From the NCBI RefSeq assembly GCF_016433145.1, contig NC_058133.1:26587791-26645602 (forward strand): DNA of 57,812 bases, given 5' to 3'. A program made the position numbers and the translations under genes. The notes beneath the pieces were generated by a model, which was given only the letters and a program-made list of their open reading frames with translations, was not told the DNA's origin and ran no database searches. Below, one piece after another: positions 1 through 10,527 of the stretch (position 1 is its first letter; every line of letters starts with the position of its first letter). Source of the stretch: Gracilinanus agilis (taxonomy: Eukaryota).

Positions 1-249
1 ATGCCTCAGCTGTCCCAGAAGGGGGCTTGTCCTCATGAGGCACCTCCAGGTGGATGCTGGCTGACCCCTGTCAGGGGTATTACAGGTTAGGTGGGTCTTC
101 TCCGGTCCCCTGGACATCCAGGCTTCTTAGGGCAAGTAGATGGATTCCAGGTTCTCTGTGGAGCTGAGAAAAGGAAATGGTGGCCTTAGGGCTGCTGGGA
201 TGCTGGAGCCGAGTTCTGACACATCTGTCTTTTCCTTCCCTTTGGAAAG

Positions 250-426
250 CAGATCAGGGCTTTCAAGGACAATTTGCAAAACTGACCCCTCCGATTCCTT
301 GGGATCACGGGGCCCCCGCCCATTTCCCTATCCTCCAAGCGTCGTGGCCTTACGGCGGCGTGCCTCAGAACTTCCTCCAGCAGGGGAACGCCAGCTTTCA
401 GCCGAACAAAGCTTTCTACCCTCCAG
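250..426 (+). CDS. TUT4: TUT4/ZCCHC11 penultimate coding exon (C-terminal Pro/Gln-rich region)
   Basis: Encodes ADQGFQGQFAKLTPPIPWDHGAPAHFPILQASWPYGGVPQNFLQQGNASFQPNKAFYPP, resembling the recalled TUT4 C-terminus (SWPYG..QNF.HQGNARFQPNKPFY). Tandem acceptor AAG/CAG at 247-252, GT donor at 427. Synteny with PRPF38A fits. Confidence 0.85.
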
Positions 427-1268
427 GTACTGTGATTCCTCACCGGCCAGTCACTGGGCAGGGCTGCCGCTGCTTCTGTGGAGAGCAGGCCAGGGTCTCG
501 GTCAGGAACGGGAGTGGCCCTTGAGCCTGTTCCTCCAGGGAATAAGGCTGGGAGCGCTGGGCCCGGAGGGCAGTGGGCAGGCTGGCGGCCCGTGGAGGGT
601 TTGCCTTGGGTGGTGAGTCTCACCGCTAAGAGGAATTCCAAGTCACAGTTTGATTGTTTCCCCTAAAAGTCATCTTGGTTCTTACAGGCAACATATGAGG
701 TCTGGGCTTTATTCCTCAGTTGGTCTGGGCTTTTCTAGAGAAACAGAGAAACTATTTCCTACCCTCCCTCTGGCAGTCAGAAGGATAGTGCCCACTGCTG
801 TGAGCTTCAGGTTTGACAATTCATAAGTCGCACTCAATACTTGGTACACTCATATAACCAGAGCCGTCCTCACTGCCCAGCCAGCCGCTCTCCAGTCCCC
901 TTGGGGGGGGATTCTTCTAGAAGAGGGAGCCAAAGCCCAAGTCTTCTCTGCAAGGAGCAGGAGACACCATGCCCGCTTGGTTGCCCTGGACCTTAAGGGA
1001 CACTGAGCTGGGGGCCCTCCGGGCCCCGATGGGACAAGGGTTTTTGACCGAGGTTGGGAGAAACTTTTCAGTCACGTAGGGTTCCGGGGGTACATCAGGA
1101 GTGTCCCAGTTAACCTTCTCCCCCCACCACCCCACCCCTATCTTATAGAAACGAAGTGCTGGATAACTTCAGAGCAAAAGTTTACACTAGAGAAAGGTCA
1201 TTCTGTGGGCCTTCAGGGAACAAGTCATTTGAGGGTCCTGTTAGGCAGGAGGTCTCTGGATCCTCCAG

Positions 1269-1348
1269 CAGAGCGACATGCAGGCCCGCCCCTAGTTCTC
1301 ACAGATGTAGCCATGTCCCCAGGCACTCACCCACAGGAAATGGACTGA
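1269..1348 (+). CDS. TUT4: Candidate TUT4 terminal coding exon
   Basis: Phase-compatible CAG/CAG acceptor (1266-1271) reads (A)ERHAGPPLVLTDVAMSPGTHPQEMD* (TGA 1346-1348), followed by an AT-rich 3'UTR-like tract. Frame uncertain; the alternative frame ends at TAG 1351-1353. Confidence 0.45.
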
Positions 1349-1930
1349 AATAGAAATAAACCCCCGTTATTTTGGTTGGTTTGCAGCTGGCCCGCTGATG
1401 CCAAGCAACCCGAGATTCCCTCTGCTGTCTCAAGGGCACCCGTCCCTCAGCTTGAACTACATCCAGCAGAAGAAATGACATTTCATGGAAATCAAAGCAA
1501 ATCAGGTCCTGGATTTAACATTTTAACACAACTCGTTTAGATACAGATTATTTAAATTTAAGACTGTTTTTAAAGTGTATCATTTGTATATAGATACAAG
1601 CTATAGTTTTTACTAGTATCACCGAAATGAGTGATACAAATTTCATCTATTTTATTACCCTATTTTTAAGGGACTTTTGTGTTTTGTTTTACCTTGATGA
1701 ACTGTAAAAAGAGAGAATTTAAAAAAAAATTAAGTTCTTTATTTTCTATTAGCTGTATTCATACTTTGGTTGCTTCAGACTTTATATATATTGTTCTTAA
1801 AAATAAGAATTAGGAAGGGTTTCATGTGTTTTAAAATTTGTCACTTCTATTCTTTACAGAACTATGTAGTGCCAAAAACTTTTTAAAAGGAAAAAAAATA
1901 AAACAAAATTGCAACAACAGGAGTCCAGGT
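1349..1930 (+). other. TUT4: TUT4 3'UTR with poly(A) signals
   Basis: AT-rich tract with AATAAA at 1355-1360 and 1897-1902, and Pumilio element TGTATATA at 1585-1592. Confidence 0.6.
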
Positions 1931-3949
1931 TTTTTTTTCTTCTCGATAGTTCTCAATTGAAACTTCCAAGGGAGGATGTTGGAATGGTCCTTAGTTTGCT
2001 GGATCTGGAGAAATTCCATTTTGATCCTCTTCCTTCTTGAGCCTCACTAATTCGGGTTAGGCTCACTGCTGAGGTCATGGAAGGAGAGCTCAACCCTTTG
2101 CTTTATATGTATATGTATATGTATGGATGAATTTCATTCATAATTCATAATCCACAGTGAGGTCCCTGGCTCTTTGAAGAGAAAAAAATCAGCCCAAAAA
2201 ACAGGCTTGGCTTTTGTGATACAATAGGAATTCTGGAAATAACTGGAAAAACAGTGGGTTTGGAGTCAGGGGACCCGAGTTCAAATCTCAATTGTTGTTA
2301 CTTGCTTTGTGACGGCCTACCTCTCCAGGGCTGAGTTTTCTCTTTGGTCAATAATCTCTCAGGTCTTTTGCTTCATCAGAGTGGAGGGAGCATGCCCTGT
2401 CCACCCTCTGCCAACACCAGTTACCCGCCAAGGTGTTTGACCGAGTAAAGATTTCAGATAAAAGGGTTCTCCCCTGTGATTTGGGATGAGGTACGAGGCT
2501 GGTGATGCTGTCCTGGTGTAAAGAGCTGCCTGGGGCACTGTGGGAGGTGGGGTGGGGGAACGACTGTGACTTGCCCAGGATCCTCCAGAAACCAGGACGT
2601 GTCGGGGGGGGGCAGGAGTACCAGGCAGTGCTGCGTCTCTGATGATAGGGGTGTGTAAGGTGCTCAAGGGGAGTGAGGCAAGAGGCCTGTCCACCTCTCA
2701 TCATCAGAGGATGGCAGACTTTCTTTTACAGAGCATAAAAAACAGGCTCAGCCCATTCAAGAATGGCTGAGATTTGAACCCAGAGCCTCTTGATGCCAAG
2801 TCGTGCTGCATCACAGTACCCTTTCGTGTTTTCCCTGTCCTCAGTGCCTGAAATGCCCAGCATCCTTGACCTAACCTAGAGATTGAAGTGGAAAGAATCT
2901 GTGTCCCTACAAAAACCCCAGCATGTCAGGGGAAGGAAGGGAAATGGCCAACACTGTTGTCCCTAAAGAACCTTCTTACTATGTTTCTACATATAAAAAG
3001 TTTTATAATGGTTGAAAAGTTTGCAAGGCATGTTGCATCTTTATCTCATTTGTCTTCACAACCTTGAAAGGTAGGTGCTACTATTATCCAATTTTTATAG
3101 ATGAGAAAACTGAGGCAGAAATCAGGCCCCATGATATCTCACAGCTTGTGTTTGAAGTGGGAATTGAATTCAGGTCTTCCTGACTCCAGTCTAATAGTCT
3201 CATCTACTGTGTCCATATCAGCGTATTAATCTCATTCCAGGATATATTGCTCTGCCCGGAAGCATATGATACTTATGATTCTGCTTTTACTTATCCCTTA
3301 GAGGACGACATTGTGGAACAAGCAGAGGAGTTTGTAGCTTAGACAAAGGTTTCGTGGTTGAAGTGCCTTCCTTTCCTTCCAGTTAGACCTGCCCTAGCTG
3401 TGTTTTCATTTCCACCTCTTGGAGTTGGGGAGTTGGGGAGAGCCTGGCTGTTAGCTTGGAAAAATTAGTTCTTGAGGCTTCTTTGCATCTTCAAGCCTTC
3501 AAAGCTGCACCTTTGGGTAACAGGCGTAGTAGAGGCAATCTACCAGAAGAGGGAAAATGATCTCCCTCTGTCATGGTATTGATATCATGCTCAAGGCAGA
3601 GAGCACAGGGTTCATCTGTTATTTTGGTGGACCTTGATAAAGGTCTTCATTACCCATCAACTATCAAAATCTGGATTGATCTAAATGCTCCTAGAAGGAA
3701 GGAGGCGGATTCTAGGTGAATAAGTGGCCGTGTCATCATTATTCCCAGTACTTATTCTGTATTATCTAAACTTCTGGCTTCAGTTTCCTCATCTGTAAAG
3801 TGAGAAAGTTGGATGATCTTTTCTTGGTCTCTACCAACTCTAAATTCTGCGATTCTAGTTTGGTGACCATGAAGGATCTAAACCCAATGCCCTCTGGCCT
3901 TATTGAGACCTAAGAACTGGCTCAGCCTTATAAAAGCAAGAGTTTTAGC

Positions 3950-5330
3950 TACTGTTAAATACTGGGTGGATGGCATCAGAATCCCTGCGTGGGAAGAGTC
4001 CCTAGGGGCCAGCTAGCCAACTCGGACTGCACGAGAAGCCCCCTAACAACATCCTGACATCAAGCCACCTGCCTCTCTTGGAGAGTCTTTTCCTTATATC
4101 ATCTGCCCTAAATCTGCCTTTTTGCAAATTCTGCCCATTGTGCAGACCTACATTTTGGGGCCAAGTAGAAAAAGTCTAGTTCCTTGACCACATGACAGCT
4201 TTTCAAGCATATCTTTAAAAAACTTGAGACCATTCATGGAAAGCTATCTTTGCCCCTTTCTCATCTCACACTGCTAAGTCATCTCCTGCTTTACTCCTCG
4301 CCTAGGCTAACCCCTCCACTTGCAGTAATGATCCTATTACATCCTCCTGTCTTCTCCAGCAGATTGCCCCCTTCAGCATCTCCCTCTAAGCTGGTTCCAC
4401 ACATCCCCATGTCTCACCCATCCTTAAAAGCCATCACTTAATCCTAACACCCATCTAGCTTTTGTCCTCTCTCTCTTCCCTTCTTGAAAAAGCCATCTCC
4501 ACTTGAAGCCTTCACCCCGCTTCACTCAGCTGGAACTGAGGGTGTCCTGATCATGACCTATGCAGCATCTGACACAATAATCTTGATACCTGTGTCCTTA
4601 CCTCTCCTGGTTTGCCTGCCCATCAGTTTCCCTGCTTGTTTTTCCCTTTAACTGTGGGTGTCCCCCAAGCTGGCAAGGACCACCCCCCTCTTCTTTTTGC
4701 TTTAAATAATCTCAGTGATTTTATTGGCTTTATCTCAATGATCAATTATTTATAGAGGAGAGCTCTAAGCTCTATTATCAGTCTCCAGCTGAATCTTAGA
4801 CATCCCAAACCTGAATTCATTGGTCCACCCCCATTAAGCCAGGAATCCCTCCCTTTCAAACCTGAGCATCCAGTCAACTGGCTCCCAACCTTGGTGCCAT
4901 CCTCAATTCCTCACTCCGTCACTCTGCTGTGTGCTGCCGTGTCTTCACATCTCTCCAATAGGGAGCCTATTGCAGTCATCCTCCTACCTGGCCTCCCCAC
5001 TTCCTCCACTCATGTGCCACAGCAATTCTTCTAAAGCCTGGTCTGGCATTATCCTTCCCAAGATCACCTGATGGAACTCCAGCAGCTCCCTATTGCCTTT
5101 GAGGCAAGTTTGGCATTCAGAGCCCCAACCACCTTCCTGGCCTTCCTAGACTTGGCACCGGCTTATCTCCAAACCCAGAACGCTGGGCCTCCTTGAAGAC
5201 TTGCCTCAAATCCCACGTCCTCCCAAAGTGCTTTCCTGCTCGTCCCACCTGCTCATTCCTTCCCTTTTGATTATCTTCCATCCACTCGGCACGTATCACA
5301 TACGCCTCACCACTAGGATGGGGATGCCTG
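3950..5330 (+). mobile_element. Old L2 LINE fragment (degraded RT region and 3' end)
   Basis: Pyrimidine-rich sequence with recognisable L2 motifs (AACTGTGGGTGTCCCCCAAG, CATCCCAAACCTGAATTC). Boundaries approximate. Confidence 0.6.
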
Positions 5331-5916
5331 GGAAGCAGAGAGCAGGCTTTGGCTTATCTTTGTGTTCCCCACCCAGCCCTTCGACATGCGTGACAGGAAG
5401 TCATCACACCGACTGCAGTTCCTTTACGTAACTAAGCCTCATGGCCCAACCTCGAAGCCTGGCTGTAACACTCGGCTCTTCGCTCTCTGGACAAAATGCG
5501 GCTCCTGGAACACAGCCCAATATTCCAGGTGTGGCCTGATGGGGGCCGAATGCAGGCCCTCTGCTGAGTGCTGGGGGTACAAAACAGTCGTCAGTCCCTA
5601 CCCTGAAGGGGTTCACGAGCCTTGCTCAGGATGCCTCTCAAGGTACCCTAAAGAAGCATCAGCTTTCTGGGCGGCCATACCGCACCGCACGACTGACTCC
5701 TGGGCCTCCCCAGTCCCCAGAGCTCTCGGATGATTTCCTGAACCCAAGTGCAATACTTAAATTCAGACACTTCCTAGCTGTGTGAGCCTGGGCAAGCCAC
5801 TTACCTTCTTTGCCTCAGTTTCCTCATCTGTCAAATGAGCTAGAAAAGGAAATGGCCAAGAAAAGGAGTCATGGAGTCATTTATGACCGAAAACAACATC
5901 AAAGTAGAATTCCACA

Positions 5917-5922
5917 TTTATT
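5917..5922 (-). terminator. PRPF38A: Probable PRPF38A poly(A) signal
   Basis: AATAAA on the minus strand followed by a U/GU-rich element (TTTGATGTTGTTTT); implies a 3'UTR of about 1.5 kb. Confidence 0.55.
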
Positions 5923-7398
5923 GCTGCTGAAGCTCCTCTTAGTAGATTTGGCCAGTCCTTGATCTGGAGCCTCCAATCAGGGCCCTCCACTGTTGGCTCT
6001 CTTCCCCTCTCTGTCCCCTCCTTATTTAATTGAAGCCGCCCTCCGTGGGCCCCGCGTGCCGTGTCGGTTTGGCCGGATGTCCAAGAAAGCAGAAGCACCT
6101 CGGGCAGAAGTCGGGGCGGCCAGATCCAACGCCTGCTCCTGCTTTGGTCGTCCCATCTAGAAGCAGAGCTGCTGACGACATGCCTGCAAGACATGCTCAT
6201 TCCGCACGCCGGTTCCCAGGTCAGGCCCACGTACTGGCAGCCACTCTCCTGAGGAAGGGCCCGCAGGCCAGCTCCGCCAAGGAAAGCCAAGAAACGGCCG
6301 TCCCACCAAATGCTCTTTGCAGGTAGCTAAGTATCGTGCTGACCGACCAAGCTGGCTCAGGAATCCTCTTGGTTCTGAAAGTTACTTACCCTGCGCTGCC
6401 ACCTTAACCATCCTAAAGCCCCAATAAATCAGGGAAAGGATGGCCACACCCCGTGTAAAAGCCTAGGGTTGGCATTCAAGGCCTTCCTTTCCAACACAAT
6501 CTAACTGGCTTAGTGGATGCCCTGCCATGTATTCTGCCTCTTTCTGCTGCCTGTGGTGCCGCCGGCGTGTGCTTGGACACGCCATCCCCCCCCCCCCGCA
6601 CCCCATCATTCTGCCAGGGCCGAGCCGCTCCTCTCGAGCGCTGAACACTTCGAGGACTGAAATGCGGCCCATTCGTCTGTGTGCCCTGAACCGGGGCCTC
6701 CGCACAGGGCAGCTGCTCACACACTTCCTAGAGCAGCATCGCCGCCGACGTCAGACGGCATCGCCCACAGCCGCTTCTGTGAGCCCCTTGAGGTCCGGCG
6801 CCGTCGCGGGGCCCAGAGGCACCCAAAGAGGCTGCTGGACGAGGAAGGCCGGCCGCTGGGCCGTGTCACAGAATGGCGAACCACAAAGGACCCGCAAGCC
6901 GGGCGTCCAGAACTCGAGGTCCGGCCCACCGAATCCCAACCCGGATCCTTTCTGGCAGCGAGTGTGGCCCAGGGAGGGCCGGCCAGGGGCACCGCGGCGG
7001 ACGCTGCCCAGCAGGCTACGTGACGCTTAACGACAAATTACCAAGGAAAGGGCCGGGACGTCACTCCTTAAAGGCGATCACAGTTTACTGTCTGCAGATA
7101 AACTCATGATCAGAAAAGGAAGATGGGGGACAAAAGGAGTCACGGCAGCCCTTAGGGCGAAACGTCCCGATCCTCCCACTAGACGAAGGGGAAGGATCCA
7201 AAGTCAGTCCATGTCACAAAAACTCAACACGGCTCGGCTTAGGCCAGTTAAAAAAAAGTCATAAAAACCAGGGCGGGGGCAGGAAGAGCGGCAGAAGACA
7301 CGAGGCGGCCGCCATGGGGGAGGGGGGGGTGCCAGGCCAGGCTGGCCTCGTGGCTGGGCCTTCGGAGCCCAAGAGCCTGGCAGGCAGGTGGGCCTCCC

Positions 7399-7441
7399 CT
7401 ACTCGTTCCCCCGCCGGCTCTTCTTGTGGCTTTTCTTCGAC
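7399..7441 (-). CDS. PRPF38A: PRPF38A exon 10
   Basis: RSKKSHKKSRRGNE*; TAG at 7399-7401. Confidence 0.95.
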
Positions 7442-10400
7442 CTGCAAAAGCAGCACAAATGACTTCCCTGAGAACTCGCCCTGAGTGACTCGTGTACTAG
7501 GCCCGAGCGCCCAGCCTCGCCCTGCCGAGCCCCGGGGATGGCATGCAGGCGGGCCTCCCGGGGGGACTCTGGCACCGAGAGCCACGAAGAAGCATCATTG
7601 TGTGCCAGACCCTGAAGAAAACCTCCTGTTCTCCGGGGAAGCCCCCCAGGGACCAGCACTGCGCTAAGGCTTGCTTTACAACACCCAAGGCGGCAGGTGG
7701 GGCCCTGCCAATGTCCCCTTCCCAGGCACCCACATCTGAACCCAGTCTGTGCCTCTAGGGTGCTCCCCCACCTCCCATTACAGAATTCAGAGAAACCCTT
7801 CATGCTGCCATTCAGCGAGTACCTTTCGGGTGACTTTGAGTGGCTCCTGTGTCTGTGGCTCCGATGATGGCCTGTGAGAGGCAAAGACAGACGGATGGCG
7901 GATTCCCAGGAAATTGTCCCCCAGAACATCTTTGTCCTAGAGCCAGAGGAGGCTCTGCACCCGGAAGTCATCCCCAGCCCTGTGAACCCCTGAAGGGCGC
8001 CACTAACTCAAAGACTCCCAGCCCCGAGCCCAAACGAGCCAAGTGGGAAGGCCCCGGGCTTTGGGCCCACACCCAGCACGCGTGATACCTGGAGATTTGG
8101 ATCGGGAGCGGTGACGCCGTTCTCGGGATCGGCTCCTGTGGCGTCTCGGGCTCTTGCTGCGATGCCTTTCTCGACGGGGGGAGGGACTGTGGGGAAACAG
8201 CACGAGAAACAAGGCTCACAGCAACCCCAGACCCCCAACATGGAGCTGGAAGAAACCTCGGAGACGACCTTCTGCCCCAGCTCCACGGCCCCTAAAGGCG
8301 CCCCCCGGCACTCACTGCACACTTACTACAACTGAACCACATCCTTCCGCTAACGAGTAAGAAGCTCACCTCCTCCTTTTGGGGGACCGGCTGCGTCTGT
8401 AAGGGAGGAAAGCGGAATGCCTGAGTGTGTGGCGCTGCCACCCGCATCCCCAAGCAAGCTGCAGCCCCGGGACCCCCATTACCTCCGGGGAGATCGGCTC
8501 CGGCTTCGCCTGTAGCGCAGCGTCGGGGAGCGACGGGGCTTGTCCAGGTCACGGTAACTTCGCCGGCGGTGATCCGGGGAGGGGGCCCTCTCCAGCTGAA
8601 AAGAGGCAGATCACAGGCAAGTCAGTGTCTTGGTGGGCTTTGAGAAGAACCCAAAGATCCTGCTCAGCAAGGATGCTGCCCCTTAGAGCCAATGAGGGAT
8701 GACTCGCACCTGGGTTCAAATGTGGCCTCATTCTCTTCCTTGCTGTATGGCCCTGGGCAAGTCACCTATCCCCATTGCCTAGCCCTTACTGAGCTTCTGC
8801 TTTAGAACCAGTAAACCAGTACACAGTATTGATTCTGAGATAGAAGGCAAAGGCTTTTTTATATGCACACAACACATCCACAAATGATTTAGAAAGCTGG
8901 AAGTGGATGGGAAGTTCTGGGTTTAGGGTTTTTCCTCAGGACCACACAGTGTGCTTTTAACCACTTCAGGCCCTGCCAACGGTTCTCTGCAGAATAAAAA
9001 GGCTTCCACTCTTGAGGGTTCCATAGAGTGCAAAATCCCGCCAGCTTTTCTCTTCTCTCTCCCAGTGGGCTCCGGATTACTGAAAATATTCCCACTTCCT
9101 ATCAGTAAATCCATTTTCCTGCCTTTAGGAGACTAACACGCACACGCAGACACACACGTGCCTCTCACTTAGAACAGCTGAGAGGATGCCCACAGCTCCA
9201 AGGAAAAGGCCCAACAAGGTACTCTGTGGCATGTGGCAGGACAGACAGAAGGCCCAATAAGAGGAGCCTGGGGAAGTGTGGAACAGCCAGCATCCACTGA
9301 GGCAGAGGCCAGAGAGCGCCCAGGACAGAGGGCGGAGCAGGAAGCTGGCACACAGCACCCACAGAACCAAGGGCATGAGCTTAATCCCACTGTGACGTGA
9401 CAAGGAGCGGACAGGGGCTCCCCACAACCCTGTTTAAGTTGTGATGATTCTTTTTCTAAAACAAGAAGCCCCCACGAACATAAGCGAGTGTAGCCTCCTC
9501 CAGGAAGCCTTTCCCGTTTTCTCTCCTGTCTCCTAGAGAAGGCTTTGTATTGCTTTGTGCTGACTTCTCTGTGTCCGTGCTGGTCTCACTGGCTCACTGG
9601 TACCTAGTCAGCAATTAGCAAGTGCGCGCTGCAGCTAAGAGAGTGTCCCACAGCCCTGGCATCATGGCACCGACTCCATGCCAGGCACTGTGCTCTAAGA
9701 GGCAGAGCTTCCCTTGAAGCCCACCATTGGGCCCCCACACTTCTGTTGGACCACCTCCTGCCGGCCCGTTTCCTTGTCCCCCTTAGACTCGGTCTAGGCT
9801 CTCTGACGGCGGGGCCCCAGTCACCCACTTCTCTTGTCTCTTCACAGTCCTAGCGAGTGTCCACTCCAGCCTGAGGGTGCCCGCATGGCACCTGCCATGC
9901 TGGGGGGCTCGGGAAATGGACAGCTCCAGCCAGAACAGAAGCTTTCCAGCCTCCCATCCAAAAAGCACCTGAAAAGGACCCGCTTCCAGGTACCAGCCGC
10001 CAAAGGTGGGGGGAGAATTCTGTCCTCTCTCGGGGGTCCTGCCCAGGGTTGCGCTTTTACTCAGTGGAAGAAAACCATGAACTTGTGCAGTAACAGTGTA
10101 TGGGTGAGCAAGCCCTAAGGCAATCACGAGCACTCAATTCAGAGGGTCCAGGGCAAGGATGCCAACTTCAGAGATGAAAACCAAAGCCCGGGGAGGGGTG
10201 GAGCCAAGACTGCCCACCTTGTCACGGCTGCCCTCTCAGGAGCTACAAGGGTGAGGTGGGCTTTCACCACTTATAAAGTGCTTCATCTGTGATTCCCAAA
10301 GGTTCTTTTCCAACAAAACTTTCTGAGCAAGGTGGGGGTGTGGGGAGATTTCTTAACCCCTTTTTATGGAAAGGGAAAAAAAGGCTTGAAGTGGTTAAAA

Positions 10401-10491
10401 GCGCACAGCTACTGTGTGGTACTGAGGAAAACCCCAAGTCTCCTAACCCCAAACCCATAACTTCCCATCCACTTCTCCAGCTTTCTAAATC

Positions 10492-10527
<36 letters not shown>

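Noticed and set aside
2317-2323. let-7 seed match CTACCTC downstream of TUT4 (feedback idea)
   Set aside because: It lies in a MIR-like fragment beyond the likely poly(A) signal at 1897, so it is probably outside the mRNA.
6030-7109. Cluster of 100-170 aa ORFs on both strands
   Set aside because: No recognisable domain. The high GC content of the probable PRPF38A 3'UTR explains the open frames.
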